Assembly: GCF_029227855.1 (NCBI RefSeq)
Contig: NZ_CP074356.1
Reading direction: 5' to 3' (one strand)
DNA: 64,000 nt
Origin: Escherichia coli
GTDB lineage: Bacteria; Pseudomonadota; Gammaproteobacteria; Enterobacterales; Enterobacteriaceae
Positions 29,276 through 41,915 of the stretch are shown here, one piece after another. The position numbers and the translations under genes were made by a program. Position 1 is the stretch's first letter, and each line of letters begins with the position of its first letter. The notes under the pieces are model-generated. The model searched no databases. It saw only the letters and a program-made list of their open reading frames with translations, and had not been told where the DNA came from.

Positions 29276-30565
29276 TTACAAAGTGAAAGAGAGACGTAGC
29301 GCCAGCGCAGCCAGCGTCACAAAAAGCACCGGCAGGGTCATGATAATCCCTGTACGGAAGTAATATCCCCAGCTGATAGTCATATTCTTCTGCGAAAGTA
29401 CGTGCAGCCAGAGTAGCGTAGCCAGGCTACCAATTGGGGTAATTTTCGGTCCCAAATCGCAGCCAATCACATTGGCATAAACCATCGCTTCTTTGATAAC
29501 GCCAGATGCCGTGCTGCCATCAATGGACAACGCGCCAACCAGTACCGTCGGCATATTGTTCATAATAGAAGAGAGGAAGGCGGTGAGGAATCCGGTGCCG
29601 AGCGTCGCGGCCCACAGGCCGTTATCCGCCAGCACGTTGAGTACGCCAGAAAGATATTCCGTTAATCCGGCATTGCGCAGGCCATAAACCACCAGATACA
29701 TGCCGAGCGAGAAGATGACAATCTGCCAGGGGGCACCGCGCAGGACTTTACCCGTATTAATCGCATGACCGCGTTTAGCGACGACAAATAATATCAGCGC
29801 GCCCACAGCTGCAATGGCGCTCACCGGAATGCCGAGCGGTTCCAGGACGAAAAATCCCACCAGCAGAAGCAGTAAAACAACCCAGCCAGCTTTGAACGTA
29901 GCAGGATCTTTGATCGCTTCTGCGGGAGATTTCAGCAGCGCCATATCGTAGTTCTGCGGAATATCTTTGCGAAAATAGAGATGTAACATCACCAGCGTGG
30001 CAACAATCGCGGCGATATCCACCGGCACCATCACCGAGGCGTATTCGCGAAAGCCGAGGCCAAAGAAATCAGCGGAAACGATATTCACCAGGTTGGAGAC
30101 AATAAGCGGCAGGCTGGCGGTATCGGCAATGAATCCGGCCGCCATCACGAACGCCAGCGTAGTGCCTTTACTGAACCCTAAAGCCAGCAGCATGGCGATG
30201 ACAATCGGTGTCAAAATAAGCGCCGCGCCATCATTGGCAAACAGGGCGGCAACGGCAGCACCGAGCAGGACAATCCAGGTAAACAGCAAGCGACCACGAC
30301 CATTACCCCAGCGTGAGACGTGCAGCGCCGCCCATTCAAAAAAGCCGGACTCATCCAGCAGCAGGCTGATGATAATGACGGCGATAAACGCAGCCGTCGC
30401 GTTCCAGACGATATTCCACACCACCGGAATATCACCCGGATGGACCACGCCCGTAACTAACGCCAGTACTGCGCCGAGCGTTGCACTCCAGCCGATGCCT
30501 AAACCTTTCGGCTGCCAGATAACCAATACGATGGTCAGGACAAAGATAGCGCCTGCCAGTAACAT
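29276..30565 (-). CDS. arsB: Arsenite/antimonite efflux pump ArsB
   Basis: [26 protein letters not shown]..., 429 aa inside ORF 29276..30586. Confidence 0.9.
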   Translation of the reverse strand: MLLAGAIFVLTIVLVIWQPKGLGIGWSATLGAVLALVTGVVHPGDIPVVWNIVWNATAAFIAVIIISLLLDESGFFEWAALHVSRWGNGRGRLLFTWIVLLGAAVAALFANDGAALILTPIVIAMLLALGFSKGTTLAFVMAAGFIADTASLPLIVSNLVNIVSADFFGLGFREYASVMVPVDIAAIVATLVMLHLYFRKDIPQNYDMALLKSPAEAIKDPATFKAGWVVLLLLLVGFFVLEPLGIPVSAIAAVGALILFVVAKRGHAINTGKVLRGAPWQIVIFSLGMYLVVYGLRNAGLTEYLSGVLNVLADNGLWAATLGTGFLTAFLSSIMNNMPTVLVGALSIDGSTASGVIKEAMVYANVIGCDLGPKITPIGSLATLLWLHVLSQKNMTISWGYYFRTGIIMTLPVLFVTLAALALRLSFTL

Positions 30566-30618
30566 AATGCCTCCCGGATAAAACACATCTGAAAATTCAT
30601 ATGTGTTTAGCTAAATTT

Positions 30619-30972
30619 TTAACTGCAAATGTTCTTACTGTCCCCGGAACAGTTTTGTCGAGCCAGGTTGCGGACAATCGCCTGAACCTTTTCCTGTTCA
30701 CATCGCCAGGCCTCATCAATAATTTTCGCCGCCCATGCTGGAATATGCGGTGATAAGCGGTAATGAACCCACTTACCTTGCTTGCGGTCCAGCAATAGCC
30801 CGCTTTCACGCAGCAATGCCAGGTGGCGGGAGATCTTGGGCTGCGACTGGTCGAGAGCAGTGCAGAGATCGCAGACGCATAACTCTCCCAGTTCGCTGAG
30901 CAGTAAAACGATGCCCAGACGGGTTTCATCAGCAAGAATTTTGAACAATTGGATGGGTAACAGAAATGACAT
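30619..30972 (-). CDS. arsR: Arsenic-responsive repressor ArsR
   Basis: ORF 117 aa with ELCVCDLC metalloid-binding motif. Confidence 0.9.
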   Translation of the reverse strand: MSFLLPIQLFKILADETRLGIVLLLSELGELCVCDLCTALDQSQPKISRHLALLRESGLLLDRKQGKWVHYRLSPHIPAWAAKIIDEAWRCEQEKVQAIVRNLARQNCSGDSKNICS

Positions 30973-31124
30973 ATTGCGCTCCTGATTGTTGCAGGTAGTG
31001 TCTCTCTTCGAAGCGGATAAGTCAAAAACATATATGACTTAACGAATGTGTAAGTGCAGAGGAAGGTAATAGGTGTGAATTTTGAGTTGGCTATTCATTT
31101 GAAAGGAGGTCTGAATCAGGACGT

Positions 31125-31212
31125 AAAAAAACCGACTTTGCGTCGGTTTTTTACTTTCCAGCCCTGAGTTGGTGGCTCTGGCTGGAGTGAGAGAGTTCTT
31201 ATCTAACAGCTC
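31125..31212 (-). ncRNA. agrB: AgrB small RNA (antisense regulator of dinQ); boundaries approximate
   Basis: Repeat copy sharing sequence with the dinQ 5' UTR, ending at hairpin ACCGACGCAAAGTCGGT plus U-run on the minus strand; position between arsR and dinQ. Confidence 0.45.
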
Positions 31213-31354
31213 AATACTATTAGCCAGTGGCTAACATTGTAAGAATTAGCGATTTCTTCAGCTGGCGGAGGGGGCACTTCGGTATATATCGCAATGACGA
31301 TTTATATACTTTCACTGGGTCATCGTCATATTACGCCTTGTCCGAATCCGGATG

Positions 31355-31441
31355 TAAAAAAACCGACTTTGCGTCGGTTTTTTACTTTCCAGCCCTGAGT
31401 TGGTGGCACTGGCTGGAGTGAGAATGCCATTATCTAACGCA
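31355..31441 (-). ncRNA. agrA: AgrA small RNA; boundaries approximate
   Basis: Second copy of the same repeat and terminator hairpin, about 230 bp from the first. Confidence 0.45.
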
Positions 31442-31502
31442 TCAATGCTAATACCATACTGAAACTATTGCAAGGACATGCTGGTTTTATAACCTGAATG
31501 TA

Positions 31503-31518
31503 CTGTATGATTATCCAG
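31503..31518 (+). promoter_or_regulatory. LexA box (SOS operator) of dinQ
   Basis: CTGTATGATTATCCAG fits CTGT-N8-ACAG-type spacing, upstream of dinQ. Confidence 0.6.
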
Positions 31519-31711
31519 TTAGCTCTGAGGCATTTTCACTCTGGTAATGCGCATAAACGCTTTCAAAGTCCTGGTCAGAAGTACGGGTGGTGCCGTTAAC
31601 TGATGCTCTGGCCGGAGTGAGAATGCCATTATCTAACAATAGGGCATGCGCCGTGACAGGCAGTGGATGAGTAAGCGGATGCATTCTCACTCCATCGCAT
31701 GGAGAAAACGG

Positions 31712-31795
31712 GTGATTGATAAAGCAATCATCGTTCTTGGGGCGTTAATTGCGCTGCTGGAACTGATCCGCTTTCTGCTTCAGCTTCTGAACTGA
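31712..31795 (+). CDS. dinQ: SOS-induced toxic membrane peptide DinQ (27 aa, GTG start)
   Basis: gtg att gat aaa gca atc atc gtt ctt ggg ... aac tga translates as (M)IDKAIIVLGALIALLELIRFLLQLLN; too short for the ORF track. Confidence 0.6.
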   Translation: MIDKAIIVLGALIALLELIRFLLQLLN

Positions 31796-31848
31796 TAGCG
31801 GAAACGTAATTAAGGGCTAAGAGCACACTACTCTTAGCCCTTTAACAT

Positions 31849-33201
31849 TTAACGCATTGTCACGAACTCTTCTGCCGCCGTTGGGTGAATGGCGACGGTA
31901 TTGTCGAAGTCTTTTTTGGTTGCACCCATCTTCAGCGCCACCGCGAAGCCCTGCAACATTTCGTCCATACCAAAGCCAATGCCGTGAATACCGACAATCT
32001 TCTCTTCCGATCCAACGCACACCAGCTTCATGCGGCACGGCTGGCGGTGAGTGGTGACGGCGGTATACATCGCGGTGAAAGAGGATTTATACACTTTCAC
32101 CTGATCGTCGCCATACTGCTCGCGCGCCTGCGGTTCCGTTAAACCAACAGTACCAATCGGCGGATGGCTGAAGACCACGGTCGGAATGTTGCTGTAATCC
32201 AGATGCTCATCCGGCTTGTTATTAAACAGGCGTTCAGAGAGACGGCGACCCGCTGCAACTGCCACCGGTGTCAGCTCCACTGCACCCGTGTTATCGCCCA
32301 CCGCGTAAATACCTTCAATATTGGTGTTTTGATATTTATCGACGACGATATAGCCTTTTTCGTTAGTTTTAACGCCAGCGGCTTCCAGGTTGATGTTGTC
32401 ATTGGCAGGCTCGCGACCAATCGCCCAAATCAGGCAATCCACCGTTTCACTGCGACCATCTTCCAGCTCCAGCGTCAGGCTACCATCGGCATTTTTCACT
32501 ACCGCTTTCGGGATGGCGTTGGTGTGCAGCTGCGGGCCTTCGGCGTTCATCACTTCGACCAGCGTTTCGGAAATCATCGGGTCGAAGCTGCGCAGCGGCG
32601 CATGTTTACGCACAAACAGATGCGTTTTCGCGCCGAGGCCGTTAATCACGCCCGCCAGCTCAACGGCGATGTAACCCGCGCCAACAACCGCCACGCGCTC
32701 TGGCAAAGCAGGAAGGGCGAAGAAGCCATCAGAATCAATACCGTATTCCACGCCCGGAATATCCGGGTGGCTCGGACGACCGCCTGTGGCGATCAGAATA
32801 TGATCGGCCGTGATGGTTTCGCCGTTTACCTCCAGCGTTTTGGCATCAACGAAGCGGGCAAAGCCTTTGATTACATCAACGTTATTTTTACCGAGCACGT
32901 TTTCATAGGAAGTATGAATACGGTCGATATAGGCGGTACGGCTGGCGATCAACGTTTCCCAGTTGAATTTATTGATAGTGGTATCAAAACCATAATCCGG
33001 GCCGTACATATGGATCGCTTCACGGATTTGCGCCGCGTGCCACATCACTTTTTTCGGCACACAGCCAACATTTACGCAGGTGCCGCCCAGCTCTTTGGCT
33101 TCAATCAGCGCACATTTCTGGCCGTACATAGCCGCGCGGTTGATGGAGGCGATACCGCCGCTGCCGCCGCCGATGGCGATGTAATCATAGTGTTTAGTCA
33201 T
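31849..33201 (-). CDS. gor: Glutathione reductase
   Basis: ORF 450 aa, [19 protein letters not shown]...[10 protein letters not shown] redox-active disulfide motif. Confidence 0.9.
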   Translation of the reverse strand: MTKHYDYIAIGGGSGGIASINRAAMYGQKCALIEAKELGGTCVNVGCVPKKVMWHAAQIREAIHMYGPDYGFDTTINKFNWETLIASRTAYIDRIHTSYENVLGKNNVDVIKGFARFVDAKTLEVNGETITADHILIATGGRPSHPDIPGVEYGIDSDGFFALPALPERVAVVGAGYIAVELAGVINGLGAKTHLFVRKHAPLRSFDPMISETLVEVMNAEGPQLHTNAIPKAVVKNADGSLTLELEDGRSETVDCLIWAIGREPANDNINLEAAGVKTNEKGYIVVDKYQNTNIEGIYAVGDNTGAVELTPVAVAAGRRLSERLFNNKPDEHLDYSNIPTVVFSHPPIGTVGLTEPQAREQYGDDQVKVYKSSFTAMYTAVTTHRQPCRMKLVCVGSEEKIVGIHGIGFGMDEMLQGFAVALKMGATKKDFDNTVAIHPTAAEEFVTMR

Positions 33202-33272
33202 GACAAAGTGTCCTTATCGTTGATTACCGCGATTGTAGCGCGAGACGTAATAGGTGCCAGCAATGGCTGCAA

Positions 33273-34115
33273 TTACTCCGGCACGATCCAGCTTACGGTG
33301 GCGTGCCCGGTGCCTGCCGGAACCAGTTTGCTGTGCAGCCACGGCAGCACGTTATTCATCTGCTGTTCCAGTTTCCACGGCGGGTTAATCACAATCATGC
33401 CGGAAGCGGTCATGCCACGGCGATCGCTGTCTGGCAGTACCGCCAGTTCAATTTGCAGAATTTTGCGAATACCGGTCGCTTCCAGATCGTGGATCATGCG
33501 CTTAATTTGCTGACGCAGCACCACCGGATACCACAGTGCGTAAGTACCAGTGGCGAAACGTTTGTAACCTTCTGCTATCCCGCTGACCACCGCCTGATAG
33601 TCGGTTTTCATTTCATACGGCGGGTCGATAAGGATTAAACCACGGCGGGAAACCGGCGGCAGTTTGGCCTTAAGCTGCTGGAAACCATCGGCTTTTTCGA
33701 CGCGCGCACGGCTGTCTTTCTGAAATTCAGAACGCAGCAACGGGTAATCGCTCGGGTGCAGTTCGGTCAGTTGCAGGCTGTCTTGTTCGCGCAGTAGCTG
33801 GCGAGCAATCAATGGCGAACCGGGGTAGTAACGCAACTGACCGCTACGGTTGAAGTGTTTTACCACATTGATGTACGCCTCCAGTTCTGCGGGCAAATCG
33901 TCCTGCTGCCAGATACGGGCGATGCCTTCGAGATATTCGCCGGTACGCTCGGCATGTTCGCTGCCTAACTGATAACGCCCGGCCCCTGCGTGGGTGTCGA
34001 GATAGAGAAACGGTTTATCTTTCTCTTTCAGCGACTCGATGATCAGGCTCTGAACGGTATGTTTAAGGACGTCGGCGTGGTTGCCAGCGTGAAAGCTGTG
34101 GCGATAACTGAGCAT
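33273..34115 (-). CDS. rlmJ: 23S rRNA m6A2030 methyltransferase RlmJ
   Basis: MLSYRHSFHAGNHADVLKH... inside ORF 33273..34166. Confidence 0.85.
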   Translation of the reverse strand: MLSYRHSFHAGNHADVLKHTVQSLIIESLKEKDKPFLYLDTHAGAGRYQLGSEHAERTGEYLEGIARIWQQDDLPAELEAYINVVKHFNRSGQLRYYPGSPLIARQLLREQDSLQLTELHPSDYPLLRSEFQKDSRARVEKADGFQQLKAKLPPVSRRGLILIDPPYEMKTDYQAVVSGIAEGYKRFATGTYALWYPVVLRQQIKRMIHDLEATGIRKILQIELAVLPDSDRRGMTASGMIVINPPWKLEQQMNNVLPWLHSKLVPAGTGHATVSWIVPE

Positions 34116-34317
34116 GGGTAAAGGTGTTCCGGTAAGTAAAAATCGGCCCGTATTCGGGGCGCACAAAAGCGTATCAGGACAGTATACCGAAAAGAGGCCG
34201 CCGCCGCGAAAGCGTAACGTTTCTCATTGAAATTCACTACACTTAACCCCATGCTACACACATTATGTAAAGCGCCTGTTGAGCGCTTCCTTAACCTCTT
34301 TAACCAGGACTGCGCGA

Positions 34318-36360
34318 ATGACGAATCCGTTACTGACTCCCTTTGAATTGCCTCCGTTTTCTAAAATTCTCCCGGAACATGTCGTTCCAGCCGTGACTAA
34401 GGCGCTGAACGACTGCCGCGAAAATGTGGAGCGCGTAGTAGCGCAAGGAGCACCGTACACCTGGGAAAATCTCTGCCAGCCGTTGGCGGAAGTGGACGAT
34501 GTGCTGGGGCGTATCTTCTCCCCGGTCAGCCACCTGAACTCGGTGAAAAATAGCCCGGAACTGCGTGAAGCGTACGAACAAACCCTGCCGCTGCTGTCGG
34601 AATACAGCACCTGGGTAGGGCAACATGAAGGGCTGTATAAAGCGTATCGCGACCTGCGCGATGGCGATCATTACGCCACGCTGAACACGGCTCAGAAAAA
34701 AGCGGTTGATAACGCACTGCGCGACTTCGAACTCTCTGGCATCGGTCTGCCAATAGAGAAACAACAACGCTACGGTGAGATTGCCACTCGTCTTTCCGAG
34801 CTGGGCAACCAGTACAGCAACAACGTCCTCGATGCGACGATGGGCTGGACCAAACTCGTTACCGACGAAGCGGAGCTGGCGGGGATGCCTGAAAGCGCGC
34901 TGGCTGCGGCAAAAGCCCAGGCCGAAGCGAAAGAGCTGGAAGGCTACCTGCTGACGCTGGATATCCCAAGCTACCTGCCGGTAATGACCTACTGCGACAA
35001 CCAGGCCTTGCGTGAAGAGATGTATCGCGCTTACAGCACCCGCGCCTCCGATCAAGGCCCGAACGCCGGTAAATGGGATAACAGCAAGGTGATGGAAGAG
35101 ATCCTCGCTCTGCGTCACGAACTGGCGCAACTGCTGGGCTTTGAAAACTACGCCTTTAAATCCCTTGCCACTAAAATGGCAGAAAACCCGCAGCAGGTGC
35201 TGGATTTCTTAACCGATCTGGCAAAACGCGCGCGTCCGCAAGGCGAAAAAGAGCTGGCACAACTGCGCGCCTTTGCCAAAGCCGAATTTGGCGTCGATGA
35301 GTTGCAGCCGTGGGATATCGCGTACTACAGCGAAAAACAAAAACAGCACCTCTACAGCATCAGTGACGAACAGCTGCGTCCGTACTTCCCGGAAAACAAA
35401 GCGGTTAACGGTTTGTTTGAAGTGGTGAAACGTATTTACGGCATCACCGCTAAAGAGCGTAAAGATGTTGATGTCTGGCACCCGGATGTACGTTTCTTCG
35501 AACTGTATGACGAGAACAACGAACTGCGCGGTAGCTTCTACCTCGACCTGTATGCCCGTGAAAACAAGCGCGGCGGGGCGTGGATGGATGACTGCGTAGG
35601 CCAGATGCGCAAAGCTGACGGTTCTCTGCAAAAACCGGTCGCGTATCTGACCTGTAACTTTAACCGCCCGGTAAATGGTAAACCGGCGCTGTTTACCCAT
35701 GACGAAGTGATCACCCTGTTCCACGAGTTCGGTCATGGTCTGCATCATATGCTGACCCGCATCGAAACCGCCGGTGTATCCGGGATCAGTGGGGTGCCGT
35801 GGGATGCGGTCGAACTGCCGAGTCAGTTTATGGAAAACTGGTGCTGGGAGCCTGAGGCGCTGGCGTTTATCTCTGGTCACTACGAAACCGGCGAACCGCT
35901 GCCGAAAGAGTTGCTGGATAAAATGCTGGCGGCGAAGAACTACCAGGCGGCGCTGTTTATTCTGCGCCAGCTGGAGTTCGGCCTGTTCGATTTCCGCCTC
36001 CATGCCGAGTTCCGCCCGGATCAGGGAGCGAAAATCCTCGAAACTCTGGCAGAAATCAAGAAACTGGTTGCCGTAGTACCGTCTCCATCCTGGGGCCGTT
36101 TCCCGCACGCTTTCAGCCATATTTTCGCCGGTGGTTATGCCGCAGGTTACTACAGCTACCTGTGGGCTGACGTACTGGCGGCAGATGCTTTCTCGCGCTT
36201 TGAGGAAGAGGGCATTTTCAACCGTGAAACCGGGCAGTCGTTCCTCGACAACATTCTGAGCCGTGGCGGTTCAGAGGAGCCGATGGATCTGTTCAAACGC
36301 TTCCGTGGTCGTGAGCCGCAGCTGGATGCGATGCTGGAGCATTACGGGATCAAAGGTTAG
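34318..36360 (+). CDS. prlC: Oligopeptidase A
   Basis: [17 protein letters not shown]..., HEFGH zinc motif, 680 aa inside ORF 34279..36360. Confidence 0.9.
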   Translation: MTNPLLTPFELPPFSKILPEHVVPAVTKALNDCRENVERVVAQGAPYTWENLCQPLAEVDDVLGRIFSPVSHLNSVKNSPELREAYEQTLPLLSEYSTWVGQHEGLYKAYRDLRDGDHYATLNTAQKKAVDNALRDFELSGIGLPIEKQQRYGEIATRLSELGNQYSNNVLDATMGWTKLVTDEAELAGMPESALAAAKAQAEAKELEGYLLTLDIPSYLPVMTYCDNQALREEMYRAYSTRASDQGPNAGKWDNSKVMEEILALRHELAQLLGFENYAFKSLATKMAENPQQVLDFLTDLAKRARPQGEKELAQLRAFAKAEFGVDELQPWDIAYYSEKQKQHLYSISDEQLRPYFPENKAVNGLFEVVKRIYGITAKERKDVDVWHPDVRFFELYDENNELRGSFYLDLYARENKRGGAWMDDCVGQMRKADGSLQKPVAYLTCNFNRPVNGKPALFTHDEVITLFHEFGHGLHHMLTRIETAGVSGISGVPWDAVELPSQFMENWCWEPEALAFISGHYETGEPLPKELLDKMLAAKNYQAALFILRQLEFGLFDFRLHAEFRPDQGAKILETLAEIKKLVAVVPSPSWGRFPHAFSHIFAGGYAAGYYSYLWADVLAADAFSRFEEEGIFNRETGQSFLDNILSRGGSEEPMDLFKRFRGREPQLDAMLEHYGIKG

Positions 36361-36365
36361 TTTTT

Positions 36366-37118
36366 GTGCAGATTTGCTTAATTGATGAAACAGGCACCGG
36401 AGACGGTGCCTTATCTGTTCTGGCGGCCCGCTGGGGGCTGGAGCACGATGAAGACAACCTGATGGCGCTGGTGTTAACGCCGGAACATCTGGAATTGCGC
36501 AAGCGTGATGAGCCAAAACTTGGCGGCATCTTTGTTGATTTTGTTGGCGGAGCGATGGCGCACCGACGCAAATTCGGCGGTGGTCGCGGTGAGGCGGTGG
36601 CGAAAGCGGTGGGCATTAAAGGCGATTATTTGCCGGATGTGGTGGACGCCACCGCAGGGCTGGGGCGCGATGCCTTTGTGCTGGCTTCAGTCGGTTGCCG
36701 CGTGCGGATGCTGGAGCGTAATCCAGTCGTTGCCGCCTTGCTCGACGACGGCCTGGCGCGTGGTTATGCGGATGCGGAAATCGGCGGCTGGTTGCAGGAG
36801 CGGTTGCAGTTAATTCACGCCTCCAGCCTGACGGCGCTGACTGATATTACCCCGCGCCCGCAGGTGGTTTATCTCGACCCGATGTTCCCGCATAAGCAGA
36901 AAAGCGCGCTGGTGAAAAAAGAGATGCGTGTCTTTCAGTCGCTGGTGGGGCCGGATCTTGATGCCGATGGATTGCTGGAGCCTGCGCGGCTGCTGGCGAC
37001 CAAACGCGTGGTGGTAAAGCGCCCGGACTACGCGCCACCGCTGGCGAATGTCGCCACGCCAAACGCGGTAGTCACTAAAGGGCATAGGTTTGATATTTAT
37101 GCCGGAACGCCGGTGTAA
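36366..37118 (+). CDS. rsmJ: 16S rRNA m2G1516 methyltransferase RsmJ
   Basis: ORF 250 aa immediately downstream of prlC. Confidence 0.8.
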
Positions 37119-37166
37119 AAGTAAAGCAGGGTAGCGATAACGCTACCCTGCTTTCTGCAAGAATAA

Positions 37167-38636
37167 TTAATGGCTTTCCGGCGTCGCAATCATGCGTTTC
37201 AGCCACGGCACCATCAACAGCATCACTACTGCAACGCCCAGCGTGACCAGACCAATCTTACCAAACACGTTGGTATAGACGGGCAACGTCTCAAGCGGAT
37301 CGGTAATGTTGTCCGGCACCGCGGTAAATGTTGCCACATAGCCGCCCAGCAAGAACGCGGCAGCCTGCGTCAGGAACCACATCCCGAGAATAAAGCCCAT
37401 CAAATGCTGCGGCACCAGGGCAGCAATCATCGCCAGACCCAGGGCGCTAATAAACAATTCACCCAGGCTCTGGAACAAGTAAACCAGCACGATAAACCAC
37501 GGCGATGTCAGTCCTTGTGCATCAGCAAACCACATTCCCGCAGCTGCCGCCGTCAAAAAGCCCAGTGAGCACATAAACATGCCGAGAGTAAATTTCATCG
37601 GCATCGAGAGGTCTTTGCCTTTGTTACCCAGATGCGTGTAAATGCCTGCCAGTATTGGGCTGGCGAGTACCACCCAGAACGGGTTAAGCGCCTGGAAGCT
37701 GACCGGGTTGATGGAAAAGCCGAGAATTTCATGATGCACGTTGTTGATGGCAAAGAAGTTCAGCGACGTTGGCATCTGGGCGTAGAGAATGTAAAACACC
37801 ACCGCTTCGAGCATCAGGACAAAGGCGACAAACATTTTATTGCGCCCGGTTTTATCCAGCTTGAATGCCTGACGAAAGAAGATGATGGTGACGACGATGG
37901 AGAGAACAATCAGCACCAGATTGGCGACTTCTACGTTGTGCATCAGCCATGCACAGACGAAGATCATCACCACGCTGCCAAGTAACACGTACAACAGTTT
38001 GCTGAAGCTCATTGGCCGGAAGTCGGGTTCAGAACCAATGTCTTTCACCATTCCACGACAGGCGATGTAAACCAGTAATGCGATAATTAACCCCGCCCCG
38101 CACAGGTTGTAGGTGACTGAATAACCGAATCTATCAGCGATCACAGGGGCCAGCGATAACGCTATCAACGAGCCGATATTGATCGACATATAGAACAGGG
38201 TGAATGCGCCATCAAGCCGCGGATCTTTCGGCGGATAGCACTTCGAAAGCAAGCTGGCTGGGTTAGCTTTAAACAGGCCGTTACCGACAGCGATAGTCCC
38301 CAGGGCGATGAAAATCAGGTCAGGCTTAAGTAGCGACATGCCGGTCATGAAGTAGCCAATCGCCAGCACAAGTGCTCCGAGAACAATGGTGCGTTTGGTC
38401 CCCAGCAGGTGGTCGCCGACATAGCCGCCAATGGAAATGAGGCCATAGACCAGCGCAGCAAAAGCACCAAAAGTGACAAAAGCCTGCTCTTGCGAGAATC
38501 CAAGCTGTTTAACGAAGAAAACCGCCAGTACGCCCTGCACGCCGTAGTAGCCGAATCGCTCCCATAACTCGACAAAAAAGATCATGAAAAATGGGCGAGG
38601 TTGCTGCAGCATCCCCATGGGTGTTGTTGTATTCAT
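37167..38636 (-). CDS. dtpB: Di/tripeptide proton symporter DtpB
   Basis: ORF 489 aa, POT-family MFS. Confidence 0.9.
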
Positions 38637-38895
38637 ATTTATTAACCTTCCAATACCATCCTGAAAAGTATGAACGCGTAAGGGATAACGCGCGAAAAAG
38701 TTTACATCTGTCAGAGATTCTTAATATTGATGCGGTGAATAGATTAATACACTATTACAACAGAAAATAACCAGCTGATCACACTAATGATGGAAAATAT
38801 GATGGTGTTAAATGTTGTATTGGCAGGAGATTTTGATTGCGTACGCAGATCGTAGGCCAGATAAGGGGTTTACGCTGCATCAGGTAACAAGGCGC

Positions 38896-38929
38896 GCCAA
38901 AAAGCAAAACGCCCGCATATGCGGGCGTT
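38896..38929 (-). terminator. Rho-independent terminator of uspA
   Basis: Hairpin AACGCCCGCATATGCGGGCGTT followed on the minus strand by TTTGCTTTTT. Confidence 0.6.
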
Positions 38930-38953
38930 CAGGAACACGTCGTGGAGGGATGA

Positions 38954-39388
38954 TTATTCTTCTTCGTCGCGCAGCGGAACAATCAGCATATCAACGTGAA
39001 CGGTGTTGATCAGCTGACGTGCGGAAGACATCAGTTTGCTCCAGAAGTCCTGGTGGTGACCACAAACCACCAGATCCATATCGTATTTCTTGATTGCATC
39101 GACCAGAACCTGGCCCAGGTCGCCGCTGCCGCTCAGGGTTTCAGTGATTGGGTAGCCTGCATTAGTGGAAAGCTCGGTCAGCGCATGATGTGTCTCTTCA
39201 GAGATGCGTTTCTGCATATCACCCAGATTCACATCAATAAGCCCGGTGTATAGGTCAGAGTAGTTTACATCTACGTGGATCAGAGAAACTTTCGCATTGT
39301 AGGGGCGAGCCATAGAGACTGCTTTCTCTACCAGAACTTTGCTTTCCGGGGAGAGATCGACTGCGATGAGAATGTGTTTATAAGCCAT
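38954..39388 (-). CDS. uspA: Universal stress protein A
   Basis: ORF 144 aa, [24 protein letters not shown]... Confidence 0.9.
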
Positions 39389-39778
39389 AGTGTTACTCCT
39401 TCCATAAAGTTGTCGATGACTGGCCAGCTAGCGTTTCTTGTGCCGTTACGTCACCCGCGTCCTGCGAACTACGTGCGCGGGGCTAACCCAGCCGTAAAGA
39501 TTCAGTGTTAAGACCATCCTTACCTTATAGCGACCCGGATGATCCGTCAATCCGCCTTGCTTACCCGTTAGATAAACAAATTTTCGACATGAATATATTG
39601 ATAGTGGTTAACCTTCTGGAAAAAAAACAACCTGATCTCCTACACTATCTATAGAGCCGCTCGGATGTTGGTCACCACAAAAGCGGTTTCTCCAGGACCT
39701 GGTGTTAACTGATTGGCAGCGTATCGGGAGCGGTAGCCCCGGGGTGGAACTCCGCGGGCAGGTCGCCGGGGAGGAGGT

Positions 39779-40114
39779 ATGATAAGCACCGTCGCATTAT
39801 TTTGGGCTTTATGTGTCGTTTGCATTGTTAACATGGCGCGCTATTTCTCATCACTACGCGCGTTGTTAGTGGTACTGCGTAACTGCGATCCATTGCTCTA
39901 TCAATATGTTGATGGAGGGGGCTTTTTTACCTCACATGGCCAACCCAACAAACAGGTGCGTCTCGTTTGGTATATCTATGCCCAACGTTATCGCGATCAT
40001 CACGATGATGAATTTATTCGCCGCTGTGAGCGGGTGCGTCGGCAGTTTATTCTGACCAGCGCATTGTGTGGTCTGGTGGTGGTCAGCCTGATTGCATTGA
40101 TGATTTGGCATTAA
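39779..40114 (+). CDS. uspB: Universal stress protein B
   Basis: ORF 111 aa, two TM segments, divergent from uspA. Confidence 0.9.
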
Positions 40115-40184
40115 GCACTTCAGCAATAATAACGCATAAAAAAAGCGGGCCAGTAAACTGACCCGCTCGTTTTGGTGTGTACGA

Positions 40185-41684
40185 TTACAGGAACTGCAAG
40201 GAGAGCCAGTACAGCCCGCCGGAAAGCAGTACCGCAGCCGGAAGGGTAAACACCCAGGCCATCAGAATGCTGGTCACGGTTTTACGCTGTAAGCCGCCAC
40301 CATCTACCACCATCGTCCCCGCGACAGAAGAGGAGAGTACGTGAGTAGTGGAAACCGGCATCCCGGTATAACTCGCCAGGCCGATAGACACTGCCGCCGT
40401 CATCTGGGCAGACATCCCCTGAGCGTAGGTCATGCCTTTCTTACCGATTTTCTCACCGATAGTCGTTGCCACACGGCGCCAGCCAATCATCGTACCGATA
40501 CCTAACGCCAGCGCGACCGCCATGATGATCCACACCGGTGCATACTCGATGGTGCTAAGCATGTCAGACTTCAGTTTCTTCAACAGGCGCTGATCGTCAG
40601 CACTCACGCCAGGCATCTTCACCACTTTGTCGATAGTGTCAGAAACGCACAGCATAATGCGGCGCATCTGGCTACGTTGATCAAGCGACAGCTTGTCGTA
40701 GCTTTCCACATCGGTGGTCAACATACCTTTCAGGCGGTTGAGCGCGTTAATGGTATTCGACGGATGGCAGTGGAACTCCGCAGGTTGCGTTGCGCCAGCT
40801 TCCGGAGCCGGTACTAACTGATCAGCACCGGTAGCCTGTTTGAGCAGCGCAGGATGCTGCTCAAAGTAAGCTTCGACGTTGTTGATGGCATCACGGGTAC
40901 GGGTGATTTCGTAGCCAGTGGCATTCATGTTCACCACGAAGCCTGCTGGCGCGACGCCAATCAATACCAACATAACCAGACCAATGCCTTTCTGACCATC
41001 GTTCGCGCCGTGCGAAAACGCCACGCCGATAGCGGAAAGGATCAGCGCGATACGCGTCCAGAACGGCGGCTTTTTCTTGCCGTCTTTCTTTTCACGCTCC
41101 GCTGGGGTCAGGTGGATACGGGCGCGTTTCTTGGTGCCGCTCCAGTAGCGACGCAGCAAGAAAATCAGACCGCCAGCAAACACCAGGCCGACAATAGGGG
41201 AAACGATCAGAGAACCGAAAATACTTAATACTTTCGGGATATTGAGTGCATCCACCACTGACGTCCCGGTCATCAACGCATTGGTTAAACCAATCCCGAT
41301 GATCGCGCCAATCAGCGTATGAGAGCTGGATGCAGGTAAACCAAAGTACCAGGTACCCAGGTTCCAGATAATCGCCGCCAGCAACATAGAGAACACCATG
41401 GCAAGGCCATGAGACGATCCCATATTAAGCAGCAGATCCGTCGGCAGCATATGCACAATGGCATAGGCAACACTCAGACCACCCAGCAAAACACCCAAAA
41501 AGTTGAACACCGCCGCCATAACCACGGCGAGCTGAGAACGCATCGCGCGGGTATAGATAACGGTTGCCACGGCGTTGGCTGTGTCATGGAAACCATTGAT
41601 GGCTTCGTAGAACAGCACAAAAGCCAGTGCAAGCAATAATAACAGCCCGGTATGCAAATCCAGGCCAGCAAACAAATGTAGCAT
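40185..41684 (-). CDS. pitA: Low-affinity inorganic phosphate transporter PitA
   Basis: ORF 499 aa. Confidence 0.9.
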
Positions 41685-41915
41685 AGGACGTTACGCCATT
41701 TTGAGGACATGAACGCGGCGCATTATCAGTGACTTTCGCGGCGCGGGCAAAGTGAAATATAGACTTTTTTTGATTTGCCTCCTGTATGGATTTCACTCAA
41801 AAAATAATTATCTTATATAATTCAGGCAAATACTTCCTTTTAGTAATATTGATGCTGGTGCGACCACTGAGGAATCTTTACAATTCACGCCCGTTTTTTC
41901 TAAGAGGAGCGCAAC

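Noticed and set aside
32164-33513. 449-aa plus-strand ORF
   Set aside because: Lies entirely antisense to gor and rlmJ, which have clear protein identities; a shadow ORF in GC-rich coding sequence.
34330-36120. Minus-strand ORFs of 266 and 303 aa
   Set aside because: Antisense to prlC.
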